Assembly (NCBI GenBank): GCA_035457485.1 | Contig: DATIBO010000006.1 | Coordinates: forward strand, 178,659-242,658 | Source: Candidatus Saccharimonadales bacterium | GTDB lineage: Bacteria; Patescibacteriota; Saccharimonadia; Saccharimonadales; EFPC-124 | DNA length: 64,000 nucleotides | Reading direction: 5' to 3' | Shown: in pieces, positions 36,850 to 46,560 of the stretch | How positions within the stretch are numbered: position 1 is the stretch's first letter | Layout of the letters: the number at the start of each line of letters is the position of its first letter | The notes under the pieces: model-generated | The model's database searches: none | The model's input: only the letters and a program-made list of their open reading frames with translations | Told to the model about the DNA's origin: nothing | Translations under genes and position numbers: made by a program

Positions 36850-37335
36850 AAGTTCGTGGGCTGGCCCCGGTGGTTGCGACTGATGTCGCTCGCACCGGGG
36901 CAAACCCTATCTCCAGTTGTACTGCTGGTCCTCGGTGAAGCTGAGGAGGTCCCCGAGGGGTTCCATCAGTATCACGCCGCAGATGCAGCAGATCGAGAGC
37001 AGGTGCAGCGCGATCAGGATGATCGAGATGACACGCTTGGGGCCGACGTTGCCGTAGCCCGTGATCACGCCGATCATGACCCCGGCCAGGTAGCCGAGGC
37101 CACAGGTGAGCAGGCCGACGCACGGGATGACGATGATCACCGAGGCGATCATCCACCACTTGTTGTCCGGCTTGAGGGCCAGGAGCCACGCAGGGGCGTT
37201 GGGGTCGAGCGACGACGGCTTGGGGGCCGGGACGCCGCTGGTAGGGGCAGCAGGGCTGACAGGGGCGGTGGCACCGGCGGTTCCGGGTCCGGGAGTGGTC
37301 ATTGCTGTTCCTCGCATTTCGCGATAGATGGTACA
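36850..37335. other. GC-rich foreign-composition segment
   Basis: Abrupt switch from AT-rich flanks to a G/C-dominated sequence (ggctggccccggtggttgcgac...ggcaccggcggttccgggtccggg), then back. Confidence 0.8.
36907..37302 (-). CDS. Pro/Ala-rich N-terminus + Cys-rich 2-3-TM membrane protein with high-GC (actinobacterial-like) codon usage
   Basis: In this frame nearly every codon ends in G/C (acc act ccc gga ccc gga acc gcc ggt gcc...). GAGGA lies 7 nt upstream of ATG 37302; the track start is 37317. Protein: MTTPGPGTAGATAPVSPAAPTSGVPAPKPSS...WWMIASVIIVIPCVGLLTCGLGYLAGVMIGV... Confidence 0.6.
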   Translation of the reverse strand: MTTPGPGTAGATAPVSPAAPTSGVPAPKPSSLDPNAPAWLLALKPDNKWWMIASVIIVIPCVGLLTCGLGYLAGVMIGVITGYGNVGPKRVISIILIALHLLSICCICGVILMEPLGDLLSFTEDQQYNWR

Positions 37336-37452
37336 ACTTGTAGAAAGGGCTTGCGCTCGGATCTAGGTTTTAAACCTGATCAACGATTGCCCAAATACTA
37401 TATCATTTTATTTAAAAAAAGTCAATATCGCAGCGAATCTTTATATCTGACT

Positions 37453-38259
37453 CTAGCCCTGTTGTCGTTGACGTAGAGTTTCGTAAACAAGTAACCCTGT
37501 TGCCATAGCAACATTCAGCGAATCTGCGAGGCCCTGCATTGGAATGCGCACATTTATATCGCTATTTTTAAGCCAAAAATCAGTTAGTCCGTACTGTTCG
37601 CTGCCCATGGCGATCGCTACTGCGCCGCGCAGATCAGTTTTTGTGTAAATATTATCGGTATCGGGTGTGGTGCAAACAATCTGAATTTTATTTTTGCGTA
37701 ACCAATCGTAAACAGTCTTACTGTCACTAACAACCACAGGTACCGAAAACAAAACGCCAGTCGATGATCTAACGACATTTGGGTTAAAAATGTCAGTCAC
37801 TGCGTCACAAACAATTACGGCATCAACGCCAGCGCCGTCGGCACTTCGTAAAATCGTGCCCAGGTTGCCTGGTTTTTCGATTGATTCAACAACAAGCAAA
37901 AAAGGCTTTTCACTCAGCTTCAAGTCATCGAGACCTGTTTTCCATTGTGGTGCGACGGCCAATAAACCATCGGGGCGATCGCGGTAAGAGCACTTTTCGA
38001 AAACATCTTTGCTCACTTCGTATAGCCGTGCGCCTTTTGCCTGAGCTTGTTTAATTAGCTCGGGCTCGTTTTCGCCCAAAAACCAGTCTGGGCTGTAGTA
38101 GAATTCGGTTGGAATAATTCCTTGTTTGAGTGCGCGACTAACTTCGCGGTAACCCTCAATCAAAAATACGCCTTGCTCGTCGCGGTCACGGCGTTTGCGT
38201 AGGCTGATTAGCCCTTTAACTTTGGGGTTTTGTTTGCTGGTAATTTTTAGGCTATTCAT
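37453..38259 (-). CDS. TrmH/SpoU-family RNA 2'-O-methyltransferase
   Basis: PGNLGTILRSADGAGVDAVIV, AIAMGSEQYGL, IPMQGLADSLNVAMA motifs. Confidence 0.8.
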   Translation of the reverse strand: MNSLKITSKQNPKVKGLISLRKRRDRDEQGVFLIEGYREVSRALKQGIIPTEFYYSPDWFLGENEPELIKQAQAKGARLYEVSKDVFEKCSYRDRPDGLLAVAPQWKTGLDDLKLSEKPFLLVVESIEKPGNLGTILRSADGAGVDAVIVCDAVTDIFNPNVVRSSTGVLFSVPVVVSDSKTVYDWLRKNKIQIVCTTPDTDNIYTKTDLRGAVAIAMGSEQYGLTDFWLKNSDINVRIPMQGLADSLNVAMATGLLVYETLRQRQQG

Positions 38260-38522
38260 GATTCGTCAATGTCGGCAGTGTAGGAGTTTTCAATCGATTT
38301 TTCGCGCTGCGCCAGAATGTGCCAATCTACGTCTTCTTCAGCGCCTTTTAGCATAAAACGCAGACCTTCATCAGGTTCGTGTCCCGCCTCGAGCAATAAA
38401 ATATAAACTTTCTCGGCACCCAGTTTCTCGAACTGTTCGCGTGAACTTACGCCAATCCGATGGAACCAAACTTCGGTTTCTGGGCCAATGTTTCGTAAGC
38501 CAATTGAATCGCCTGATCTCAT
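38256..38522 (-). CDS. TfoX C-terminal-domain-like protein
   Basis: 88 aa. LRNIGPETEVWFHRIGVSSREQFEKLGAEKVY helix-hairpin-helix-like pattern. Confidence 0.45.
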   Translation of the reverse strand: MRSGDSIGLRNIGPETEVWFHRIGVSSREQFEKLGAEKVYILLLEAGHEPDEGLRFMLKGAEEDVDWHILAQREKSIENSYTADIDES

Positions 38523-38584
38523 ACTTATATTGTAAACTTAAGCGCAAAACTTGCAAATATTGTTCTGAGCTAAACTATAACATA

Positions 38585-39970
38585 TTACTTAATTTTTGCA
38601 CACGCAACACGTACAGCTTCGCTCCAGGTTGGAAAGGCGTGGATCGTGCTGGCGACTTCTTCGGCGGTTAAGCCCATCTGAATCGCCAAAGTTAACTCGT
38701 GGATCATCTCGCCTGCGCGTGGACTGACAATGCTAGCCCCTAAAAGTGTGCCGTCTTTGTCGGTTATAACTTTTACAAAACCTTCTTCTACGTTGCTGGT
38801 GTTTGCACGACCAATAATGCTGATCGGGGCGATTGATTTTTTAATCTTTAAATCGCGCTTTATGCATTCGTCTTCGCTCATCCCAACAGATGCAACTTCG
38901 GGCGATAAGAATATACAGCGGGGCACAGCACGGTAGTCGGCGGCGACTTTTTGCTTTTTCCACATGTTATTCGCAGCTAAGCGGCTTTGGTAAATTGCCA
39001 TGTGGGTAAACTGAAACGGTCCAACGACGTCACCTGCTGCGTAAATGTTTTTAGCGGTAGTCTGCATAAATTCGTTAACTGCTATTGCTTTTGGAGTATA
39101 CTCAACCCCAGCGTTTTCTAGGCCTATATCCACGTTGGCGATCTTGCCCGTTGCTAGCAAAACCTCATCGACTTTAACAGTTTTGGTTTCACGGCCCTGC
39201 TGATAAGTCACGCGTTTTGCCAGTCCCTCTTTTGTAACCGATATAACTTTAGTGTTTGTGAGAACGCTGATTCCACGATCTTGTTCAAAATGACTTCTTA
39301 CAAGGTCACCGACTTCTTGGTCTTCTTTCATAAGTAGTCGCGAAGTAATATCTGAGATGTAAATTTTTGTGCCAAAGATGCTAAAAAGTTCGGCAAATTC
39401 GCAGCCAATTGCACCGCCTCCAATTATAAACAACGATTTCGGCGGTCTTGTAAGGTTTACGGCTTCGCGAAAAGTTATAAAACCAGCCTTTTCTAATCCT
39501 TCGATGGGTGGAATAAAATTACTAGTGCCAGTAGCGATCAAGAAATTCTCGGCTGAAATATGTTTGCGATTAACTGTAATCTCGTGGCTAGAAATAAAAC
39601 GCGCCGTACCGTTTATAACGGTTATTCCCTCGGACTCATAGACCTTTTTACCTTGCCATGTCCCAGTACGATACACTGCAAGGTCTTTCCACGCTTTGAT
39701 TGACGGGTAGTTGTAAGTTAGAGTCCCGCCACGAATGCCAAATTGCTGGCCGTTTCGGGCTGCATCGTAGATTTCTGCAGCGTGCAGTAAAGATTTTGTT
39801 GGCACGCAGCCCCAGTTAGGGCATTCACCACCCATCTCGGCGGCCTCTACTACGGCCACTCTTTTGCCTAGATGTTTACTAATGTGTGCTGCAACGCTTC
39901 CGCCACCCCCGCTGCCAATTACAACAAGGTCGTAGTCGTATTTTGGTCGCCTGCTTAGTTTGAGTTTCAT
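38585..39970 (-). CDS. FAD-dependent pyridine nucleotide-disulfide oxidoreductase (Lpd/GR/MerA class)
   Basis: GSGGGG FAD motif, redox-active CPNWGCVPTK, a second GGGAIGCEFA dinucleotide fold, and a C-terminal HAFPT dimerisation motif. Confidence 0.8.
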   Translation of the reverse strand: MKLKLSRRPKYDYDLVVIGSGGGGSVAAHISKHLGKRVAVVEAAEMGGECPNWGCVPTKSLLHAAEIYDAARNGQQFGIRGGTLTYNYPSIKAWKDLAVYRTGTWQGKKVYESEGITVINGTARFISSHEITVNRKHISAENFLIATGTSNFIPPIEGLEKAGFITFREAVNLTRPPKSLFIIGGGAIGCEFAELFSIFGTKIYISDITSRLLMKEDQEVGDLVRSHFEQDRGISVLTNTKVISVTKEGLAKRVTYQQGRETKTVKVDEVLLATGKIANVDIGLENAGVEYTPKAIAVNEFMQTTAKNIYAAGDVVGPFQFTHMAIYQSRLAANNMWKKQKVAADYRAVPRCIFLSPEVASVGMSEDECIKRDLKIKKSIAPISIIGRANTSNVEEGFVKVITDKDGTLLGASIVSPRAGEMIHELTLAIQMGLTAEEVASTIHAFPTWSEAVRVACAKIK

Positions 39971-39979
39971 AACTATCCT

Positions 39980-40261
39980 TTATCCTATTATACGATGATG
40001 CAAGTAAATGTAAGCTGCATCCGGATTATAAAGCTTTAAATATTTTGCGGCCTCGTGGCGAATATCTTTGCTGGTGATTTCGTGCTTGGGGGCTAACCAA
40101 GGTTCAATATCGCGGCAAACACGATCGGCTGTTACTTCTGCTTCACCCGAATGCGAGCTAACCGTCAAACAAGATGAGTATATGCTTGCGTAAAGCTTGC
40201 GCTCGTCGTAGGGTTCGTTAACGCCGGGCAATCGCTTAATTATAGTTGGGGCTGCGCTCAT
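39980..40261 (-). CDS. ATP-cone-domain-like small protein
   Basis: I trimmed the track ORF (39980..40372) to ATG 40261 because its 5' part overlaps the CcdA gene. IIKRLPGVNEPYDERKLYASIYSSC resembles the ATP-cone N-terminus. Confidence 0.4.
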   Translation of the reverse strand: MSAAPTIIKRLPGVNEPYDERKLYASIYSSCLTVSSHSGEAEVTADRVCRDIEPWLAPKHEITSKDIRHEAAKYLKLYNPDAAYIYLHHRIIG

Positions 40262-40263
40262 GG

Positions 40264-40968
40264 TTAACCAAAATTTATTACGCCGTTGGCGATTAGGATC
40301 AAGATCCAGCCTAGTGCAACTAATAGTAGACCGAGCGTTAGGCGCATGCCACCTTTGCCTTCTTCTTTCCATTTTTGCACCGAACTTAGTTTTGCGCCGC
40401 TAGCAACCAAGCCCAAGATTATTAATAGTGGTGCAACAAAAATTAAGTTATATAGAACCATCAGGCCGAATGCAACCCAGTCAAAGTCAATACGCAAAAC
40501 TGTAATTATCGCCAAATAGGGTGCGCCGGTGCAGGGAAGCTCGACCGCTGCTACGAATGCACCAAGCAGCATCACCCCAATCACGGTCGTGCTGCTGCCC
40601 GACCAATCCTGGATTTTTTTGGCAAAAAAGTGTGGAATTTGCAGACTGAATCCTTTGCCATACCAAAAGTAGTCTTTAATTTCCAACATACCAGCCAGAA
40701 TTACCAAGATTCCAACCCCAATCGAGAGGTATTCGGCAATAACAATGGGAATTGCAGTAAAGAAGTAGACCAATCCCAGGCCGGCAACTAGGTATGTAAA
40801 AAAGATTGCAAACGTGTACGCTGCGCCAAGCAGGAGCATGCGTTTAACGGATTTTCCCGAGCCTAAAATCACCGAGATCATTAAAATTAACACGCCGATT
40901 GCGCAAGGGTTTATGGAATCAATTGCTGCGCTGACAACAACAAGCCCGAGTGTAGGTAGGTCTAACAT
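40264..40968 (-). CDS. CcdA/DsbD-type transmembrane thiol-disulfide electron transporter
   Basis: 234 aa, 6 TM helices. DSINPCAIGVL and ELPCTGAPY conserved Cys motifs. Confidence 0.7.
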   Translation of the reverse strand: MLDLPTLGLVVVSAAIDSINPCAIGVLILMISVILGSGKSVKRMLLLGAAYTFAIFFTYLVAGLGLVYFFTAIPIVIAEYLSIGVGILVILAGMLEIKDYFWYGKGFSLQIPHFFAKKIQDWSGSSTTVIGVMLLGAFVAAVELPCTGAPYLAIITVLRIDFDWVAFGLMVLYNLIFVAPLLIILGLVASGAKLSSVQKWKEEGKGGMRLTLGLLLVALGWILILIANGVINFG

Positions 40969-41853
40969 CTAAAATATCTCCCTGATCTCACAAATTTCGC
41001 GTTTACCCACGATACCGAATGTAGCGCATTTGTCTGCGTCGCGGATTCCAAATTGCTCGCAAAGTTTGTCGGTGCGATCCTTTTTAATGTCGAACTCAAA
41101 TATCGCGCAGTCGCCCGGAGGCACTTGACTCTCGCCCGTGATTGCGTAGTCTGCAGGGTGTGCGACTTTGGTTTGCTTATAGGTCTTATCATTTTTATTG
41201 TAGTTGTAAACAAAAACCTGAACTTCGGCTGGTTGGTTGCCGCAAGTTTGACCGTTTACAAAGCTCGCAACTTTGCCATCTGGCGAGGTTTTGATAAATT
41301 TTTCTACTAGCTGAGGCTGATCGGATGGACTACCGTCGCCGTCGGCCTCGGCCTCAAAGTAGCCTGTGTCGTTAATCGGTACGATCAAAGAGTTATTACT
41401 GACTTCACCGCCAACAACTTGCATAAATTTGCCTAACGAGGCGTCGTCGGGTAATTCAACAGGGACGCCCTCTAGATGGATTCGTTTGTCGTTATGTTCA
41501 TGCAAGGTCGGCGTACCAATTTTGTTGCTCAGGAATCCGGTTGGATCGCGTAACTCGAGCTCGTTACCGCAAGCCCAAAATTCGATATCGGCGTGCCAGT
41601 GAACTGGTCCACCTGTTGCTGATTTTACATTTAGGTAAATTGTGGAACCGCTAATAATAGCAGTGGTGCTAATCACAATTACTGCAATGGCAGAAAAAAC
41701 TGGTAAAAATAGTTTCTTTTTTTTGCGTTTAACGACAATTACAGATGCAATAACTAGCAATAATAATAAAATACATGCAATTAAAACGGAGTTAGTCGAG
41801 AGATGACTAACCGCACCTTCGAGGTCGGTAGCGTTTGTAACAGATTCTAGCAT
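40969..41853 (-). CDS. Membrane-anchored extracytoplasmic Cys/His-rich protein, unknown function
   Basis: One TM helix, then GGPVHWHADIEFWACGNE...LHEHNDKRIHLEG and several further Cys. Its stop abuts the ccdA-like start. Confidence 0.45.
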   Translation of the reverse strand: MLESVTNATDLEGAVSHLSTNSVLIACILLLLLVIASVIVVKRKKKKLFLPVFSAIAVIVISTTAIISGSTIYLNVKSATGGPVHWHADIEFWACGNELELRDPTGFLSNKIGTPTLHEHNDKRIHLEGVPVELPDDASLGKFMQVVGGEVSNNSLIVPINDTGYFEAEADGDGSPSDQPQLVEKFIKTSPDGKVASFVNGQTCGNQPAEVQVFVYNYNKNDKTYKQTKVAHPADYAITGESQVPPGDCAIFEFDIKKDRTDKLCEQFGIRDADKCATFGIVGKREICEIREIF

Positions 41854-41907
41854 TTTTATTTTGGTTTTTACTCGCTTACGCTTACTATAGTGTATAGCAT
41901 GGTTTAG

Positions 41908-44631
41908 ATGTCAATGTCAAAAAATACGCAAAAAAATTACTATCAGCTTTCGTCCGAGCAGGCTTTAAAGGACTTTAACGTTGAGCCCAAAAACGGCTTG
42001 CGCGAAACTGACATTAAAAATCGGCAGCAAAAATATGGCAAGAATATTTTACCCGAGGGTAAAAAGTTTTCTGCTATTGGTTTATTTTTTTCGCAGTTCA
42101 AAGATGTATTGATAATTATTTTAATTTTTGCTGCAACGGTTTCGCTAGCTATTAGTTTTTTCGGGGGTCACGGTAGTCCAACGGAAGCACTTTTGATTTA
42201 CTTTATAGTTTTATCTATTGCGATTGTCGGTTTTTTGAACGAGTATAAAGCTGAAAAAACCGTCGAAGCACTTAAAAAGTTAGTGTCGCAGACCTGCAGG
42301 GTCCGGAGAGACGGTGAGATCTTTGAGATTGAGGTTAGTGAACTTGTGCCGGGCGACATTCTTCTTTTAGAAGAGGGGAATAAAATTGCCGCAGATGCTC
42401 GCTTGCTAGAAGTTAATCACCTAAAGACCAACGAAGCCAATTTGACCGGTGAGTCGGTTACGGTAAGTAAACACAGCGAAGTTCTAAATAAAGACCTGCC
42501 GCTTGCTGATCAGCTAAATATGGTGTTTTCTGGTACTTTAATCACAACCGGTACAGCTACTGCAGTGGTGGTTCAAACCGGAGCCAGCACACAAATTGGT
42601 AGAATTGCCAAGCTCGTAAGCGAAATCCAGAGTGACGAAACGCCCATGCAGAAAAAACTCGATGATCTAGGCAGGAAGCTCGGATTTGTAGTGATCGGGA
42701 TCTGCGTTATTGTATTTTTTGTTGTATTGTTTTTTAACAAAGATTTGCAAAATGCCGATTTTTTGCAGCGGGCTTTGTTGGCGTTTACTGCTGCGGTAGC
42801 TTTGGCAGTCGCTGCAATCCCGGAAGGCCTGGCGTTTGTGGTACGAATTAGTCTGGCGCTTGGAGCGCGCAGGATGGCGACTAAAAAAGCATTGGTTCGG
42901 CGGCTTTCGGCGGTTGAATCGCTTGGCTCCACAGATGTGGTTTGCTCCGATAAAACCGGCACACTAACAAAAGGCGAGATGACCGTGCGTCAACTTTTGG
43001 CTGGCGTAGAGCTTTTTGAAATGAGCGGATCTGGTTATGAAGTTAACGGCAACTTGCAAAAAAATAATAAAAAAATTGCGCCAAATTCCGATGTTTTGCG
43101 ACTTTGTGAGATCGGTTTGCTCTGCAATAATTCCAAGATTAGGCAAGGTGATATGATTGGCGATCCAACGGAGGGTTGCTTGTTGATTTCTGCCGCAAAA
43201 GTTGGATTAAACGAGGAAAAAGTTTTGGCAGGCATGCCACGAGTTGGCGAAGTGCCGTTTAGTAGTGATCGCAAAATGATGAGCACTCTACACGAGACTA
43301 AAAAAGGTTATCTTGCCGCCGTTAAGGGCGCACCCGATGTCTTGATTAAGAAATGCACTCATATTTTAAAAAACGGCAAAGTCGTTGCGATTTCGGCTGT
43401 AGACAAAAAGTTAGTAACGGAAACTATTAAAACCATGGCCGCCCAATCGTTGCGGGTTTTAGGGTTCGCTTACCGCGAATTTAGCGAAAAACCAGGTGAG
43501 TATCAGATGGAGCGAAACTTAGTCTTCGCAGGACTCCAGGGCATGATGGACCCACCGCGAGCGGAAGTTAAAGAAGTTATTGAACGCGTCCAACGTGAAG
43601 CCGGTGTGCGTGTGATCATGATCACTGGCGACAATGTTGACACGGCGTGCGCAGTTGCCGCAGAAATTGGAATTACTGGCGACGCAATAACTGGGCTGGA
43701 GTTGGATAAGCTTACTGAAACCGATTTTAAGAACGTCGTAGAAAAAATTGGGATTTATGCTCGCGTTAACCCAGAACATAAGATTAGGATTGTTGAGGCG
43801 CTAAAGCACCACGGTCATCAGGTTGCGATGACGGGTGACGGTGTAAATGACGCCCCTGCAATTAAAGCTGCCGATATTGGAATCGCCATGGGCATTACCG
43901 GCACAGACGCCGCCAAAGAGGCTAGCGACATGATTTTGTTAGACGATCAGTTTTTAACAATTATTAATGCCGTCGAAGAGGGTCGGGGGATTTACGACAA
44001 CGTTCGCAAATTTGTTAACTTTTTACTTTCATGCAACATAGCTGAAGTGGTAACAATTTTGCTGGGCATTTTAGTTCATGGAAATCTTTTGCTAACTGCA
44101 GCACAACTTTTATTTATAAATATCGTAACCGACGGATTACCTGCAGTTGCACTGGGCTCTGATCCGTCGGCTCAAAACGTGATGAAATTCAAGCCGAGCC
44201 GCTATCAGGGTGCAATTGTGACTAGGCGAATATGGGCCGAAATTATAGTTTTTGGAATTTTAATGAGCATAGTAATTTTGTTGCAATACAACTTTGCACT
44301 TCAGGCCGGTGGAGCTCTGCTTGCGACTTCGGCGGTGTTTATGGGGATGGTGGTTTATGAATTCGTGCGCCTTGTGGATATTAGAACTGACTATCCAATA
44401 AAGTGGTTTTCTAACCCATTACTTACAGTGAGTATGTTAGTTTCTTTGGCTATTCAGCTAGCAATTCTGTATATTCCGGCGTTGGCACAAATTTTTACAG
44501 TTCAGCCAATAACTGGTTTTGACTGGTTACTAATCGTTGGTGGCAGTGTAATTTTATTTGTAATTATGAAGTTGCTTAATCCTATTTTTGATTTAATCGG
44601 CCCCGAGAACAAGCCTATAAAACAAGTTTGA
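41908..44631 (+). CDS. P-type cation-transporting ATPase (P2, Ca2+/cation type)
   Basis: 907 aa. [28 protein letters not shown] motifs and 10 TM helices. Confidence 0.9.
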   Translation: MSMSKNTQKNYYQLSSEQALKDFNVEPKNGLRETDIKNRQQKYGKNILPEGKKFSAIGLFFSQFKDVLIIILIFAATVSLAISFFGGHGSPTEALLIYFIVLSIAIVGFLNEYKAEKTVEALKKLVSQTCRVRRDGEIFEIEVSELVPGDILLLEEGNKIAADARLLEVNHLKTNEANLTGESVTVSKHSEVLNKDLPLADQLNMVFSGTLITTGTATAVVVQTGASTQIGRIAKLVSEIQSDETPMQKKLDDLGRKLGFVVIGICVIVFFVVLFFNKDLQNADFLQRALLAFTAAVALAVAAIPEGLAFVVRISLALGARRMATKKALVRRLSAVESLGSTDVVCSDKTGTLTKGEMTVRQLLAGVELFEMSGSGYEVNGNLQKNNKKIAPNSDVLRLCEIGLLCNNSKIRQGDMIGDPTEGCLLISAAKVGLNEEKVLAGMPRVGEVPFSSDRKMMSTLHETKKGYLAAVKGAPDVLIKKCTHILKNGKVVAISAVDKKLVTETIKTMAAQSLRVLGFAYREFSEKPGEYQMERNLVFAGLQGMMDPPRAEVKEVIERVQREAGVRVIMITGDNVDTACAVAAEIGITGDAITGLELDKLTETDFKNVVEKIGIYARVNPEHKIRIVEALKHHGHQVAMTGDGVNDAPAIKAADIGIAMGITGTDAAKEASDMILLDDQFLTIINAVEEGRGIYDNVRKFVNFLLSCNIAEVVTILLGILVHGNLLLTAAQLLFINIVTDGLPAVALGSDPSAQNVMKFKPSRYQGAIVTRRIWAEIIVFGILMSIVILLQYNFALQAGGALLATSAVFMGMVVYEFVRLVDIRTDYPIKWFSNPLLTVSMLVSLAIQLAILYIPALAQIFTVQPITGFDWLLIVGGSVILFVIMKLLNPIFDLIGPENKPIKQV

Positions 44632-44689
44632 CAGAAATCCCCAAACTTAGGTAATGTAGGGCTAAAGAATAAAATAAAAAGGAGCTAAA

Positions 44690-44803
44690 ATGGCTACAGC
44701 AAAAAAACCAGTAAAAAAGAAATCAAGTGCTAAAAACGACGCTGCCGAAATTGCTAAAAAAATGAAAGAAAAAGCCGACAGCGGGGAATGCGCTTTTTGC
44801 TAA
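44690..44803 (+). CDS. Unannotated 37-aa basic peptide ending in CAFC
   Basis: Below the ORF-track length cut-off. AAAAGGAG SD 6 nt upstream of the ATG. MATAKKPVKKKSSAKNDAAEIAKKMKEKADSGECAFC. Confidence 0.4.
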   Translation: MATAKKPVKKKSSAKNDAAEIAKKMKEKADSGECAFC

Positions 44804-44812
44804 CTTATAACC

Positions 44813-45418
44813 CTATTTTTTGTAGGAAATAATCTGAATCCAGGTCGCGTTTTTAGTAGATACGTCAGAAGTAATTTTTATATTTTCAAAACCAACCTCG
44901 TTAAGGTAGCCTTCGATTTGTTCTTGGTTCCAGTAGCAAAAGAATCGTGGGGCGCCTAATTTTTTATTAGTCCACTCTTCGCCCTCTCCTTGTTTTAGGG
45001 TAAAAGCAAAACGTCCGCCGGGTTTTAGCGATTTAAATACTTTTTCTAAAACCAGTTTTACTTCTTCGCGAGTGAAATGCAAAAGCACAGCTTGAGCGAA
45101 TATAAGATCGTAAGGTCCGTCAAGATCATCGGTGATTATGTTTAAGCTTGTAGCGTTAAAACCCTTCGTTTTAAGTAGGTCTACAAATGCTTGAGTTGCA
45201 TCTGTGCATTGAATTTCATAGCCTAGACTCTTTATATAGTTTGCATCGCGTCCGTTAGCGCTTCCAAATTCTATAATTTTTGCATCTTTATTTAAATTAG
45301 ATAAAGATTCGTCTATCCATATTTTTATTTGACCACTGATTTCTTGTGGTGTTCCATCGATATAATCTTGGACATGATCTTCGTATGATTGAATAGTTTT
45401 GGAATTCGAATTTGTCAT
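44813..45418 (-). CDS. Class I SAM-dependent methyltransferase
   Basis: IIEFGSANGRD motif I and the DLIFAQAVLLH region. Confidence 0.75.
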   Translation of the reverse strand: MTNSNSKTIQSYEDHVQDYIDGTPQEISGQIKIWIDESLSNLNKDAKIIEFGSANGRDANYIKSLGYEIQCTDATQAFVDLLKTKGFNATSLNIITDDLDGPYDLIFAQAVLLHFTREEVKLVLEKVFKSLKPGGRFAFTLKQGEGEEWTNKKLGAPRFFCYWNQEQIEGYLNEVGFENIKITSDVSTKNATWIQIISYKK

Positions 45419-45480
45419 GTTGAAGATTGTAGCAGATCAGACTAGTTAGATGATAAAATGCACTTTAGCTAAGGAGCTCG

Positions 45481-46413
45481 ATGACCTACTTAAACGCAAT
45501 TACCCCGATCAACATAAGCGAAGAAAAGCACAAATTTTTTAATAATAGTAATTATCAGCCGCAATTAGAATATAATTGGGACGAAAAATCTATCGAAGGA
45601 TATAAGCGAGTTTCGCCATTATTCTCTGATTTAGTAGATGCGATGGTGGCGCAAGATGTGCCGCAGATACATATTTACAGTCGAGAATACTTTGATGTAG
45701 ATTTTAGACCACAAGACTTAGAATTTGCGGCTAATCTTATAAGGCGCATTCCTGAAGCGTCGAATGGGACGGCCGATGAGCTTGCTAAAATTTTTCAGTC
45801 TAAACTGGATGCTTTAAATATTGACTACAAGGTTGAGGTCGTTGATAAACATGGTTTTCAATGTCGACCTAATCATCCTGCTAAAAAAGTTGAGATTAGC
45901 AAATATTTACATTTGCAGTTTTTGTCAACCGAAGGCGTCGCCAGCCACGAACTTGTTCATGTGATTCGAGCCGTAAACGGTGATCATAATGGAATTGCTA
46001 TACAACATGACTACTTGCCAACAGAGGAAGGCTTATCTTGTTTGATCCAAGATGAATTACTGAAAGAGCCATCGGCATCGTCGTTTCAGCACGCGTTAGA
46101 GTTTTTGGCCGCTGATTTAAGTTCGAAAGCAAGTTTTAAAGAGGTATTTGATTTTTTGGTTTCGATGGGCGCCGACGAAGAAAGCGCTTGGCTGCGCGGT
46201 ATTAGGCAAAAATTCGGCGTAAAAGATACTTCTAAACCCGGCAGTCTAATGAAATCAGGTATGTATTTTTACCACGAAAGACTATTGAGCGAGCTAAGCA
46301 AACAGGAACTTGCTAGGTTGTTTGTGGGCAAAATCCCACAGCATCACTTAAGTAATTATCCTAAGTACAGCGGGGTAGTTCCCGAAGAAAAGATCTTGGA
46401 ACTCCTGGGCTAG
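45481..46413 (+). CDS. DUF1704-like putative metallopeptidase (HExxH; QEGLA-like motif)
   Basis: SHELVHVIRA and PTEEGLSCLIQ. Confidence 0.4.
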   Translation: MTYLNAITPINISEEKHKFFNNSNYQPQLEYNWDEKSIEGYKRVSPLFSDLVDAMVAQDVPQIHIYSREYFDVDFRPQDLEFAANLIRRIPEASNGTADELAKIFQSKLDALNIDYKVEVVDKHGFQCRPNHPAKKVEISKYLHLQFLSTEGVASHELVHVIRAVNGDHNGIAIQHDYLPTEEGLSCLIQDELLKEPSASSFQHALEFLAADLSSKASFKEVFDFLVSMGADEESAWLRGIRQKFGVKDTSKPGSLMKSGMYFYHERLLSELSKQELARLFVGKIPQHHLSNYPKYSGVVPEEKILELLG

Positions 46414-46483
46414 TCAATAACAGATCATCATGTTAAAATAGTGTTTGCCTGATGCGTGGCAGTTTTGCACGATCACGGCACTT

Positions 46484-46560
46484 GGCACCGTAGCTCAGAT
46501 GGTTAGAGCGTAGGACTCATAAGCCTAAGGTCACTGGTTCGATCCCAGTCGGTGCTACCA
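46484..46560 (+). tRNA. tRNA-Met (CAT), elongator-like
   Basis: ggcaccg/ta/gctc-agatggtta-gagc/g/tagga-CTCATAA-gccta/aggtc/actgg-ttcgatc-ccagt/cggtgct/a/cca, 77 nt. The T-arm region resembles E. coli elongator tRNA-Met. Confidence 0.85.

Noticed and set aside
36814-37476. 220-aa (+), 165-aa (-) and 73-aa (+) ORFs in the GC-rich patch
   Set aside because: High GC suppresses stop codons in all frames. Only the 36907..37302 minus frame shows the G/C third-position bias, an RBS and TM helices. The other frames translate to Arg/Asp/Gly-rich nonsense.
39980-40372. 130-aa version of the ATP-cone-like ORF
   Set aside because: Its first 37 codons overlap the CcdA gene 3' end and translate to Arg-rich nonsense, so I trimmed it to ATG 40261. 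The same logic was applied to 26912 (trimmed to 27005), 27135 (to 26982), 22679 (to 22751) and 56627 (to 56651).
42573-43779. Several 60-129-aa minus-strand ORFs
   Set aside because: They are antisense to the P-type ATPase, whose motifs ([15 protein letters not shown]) fix the coding strand.
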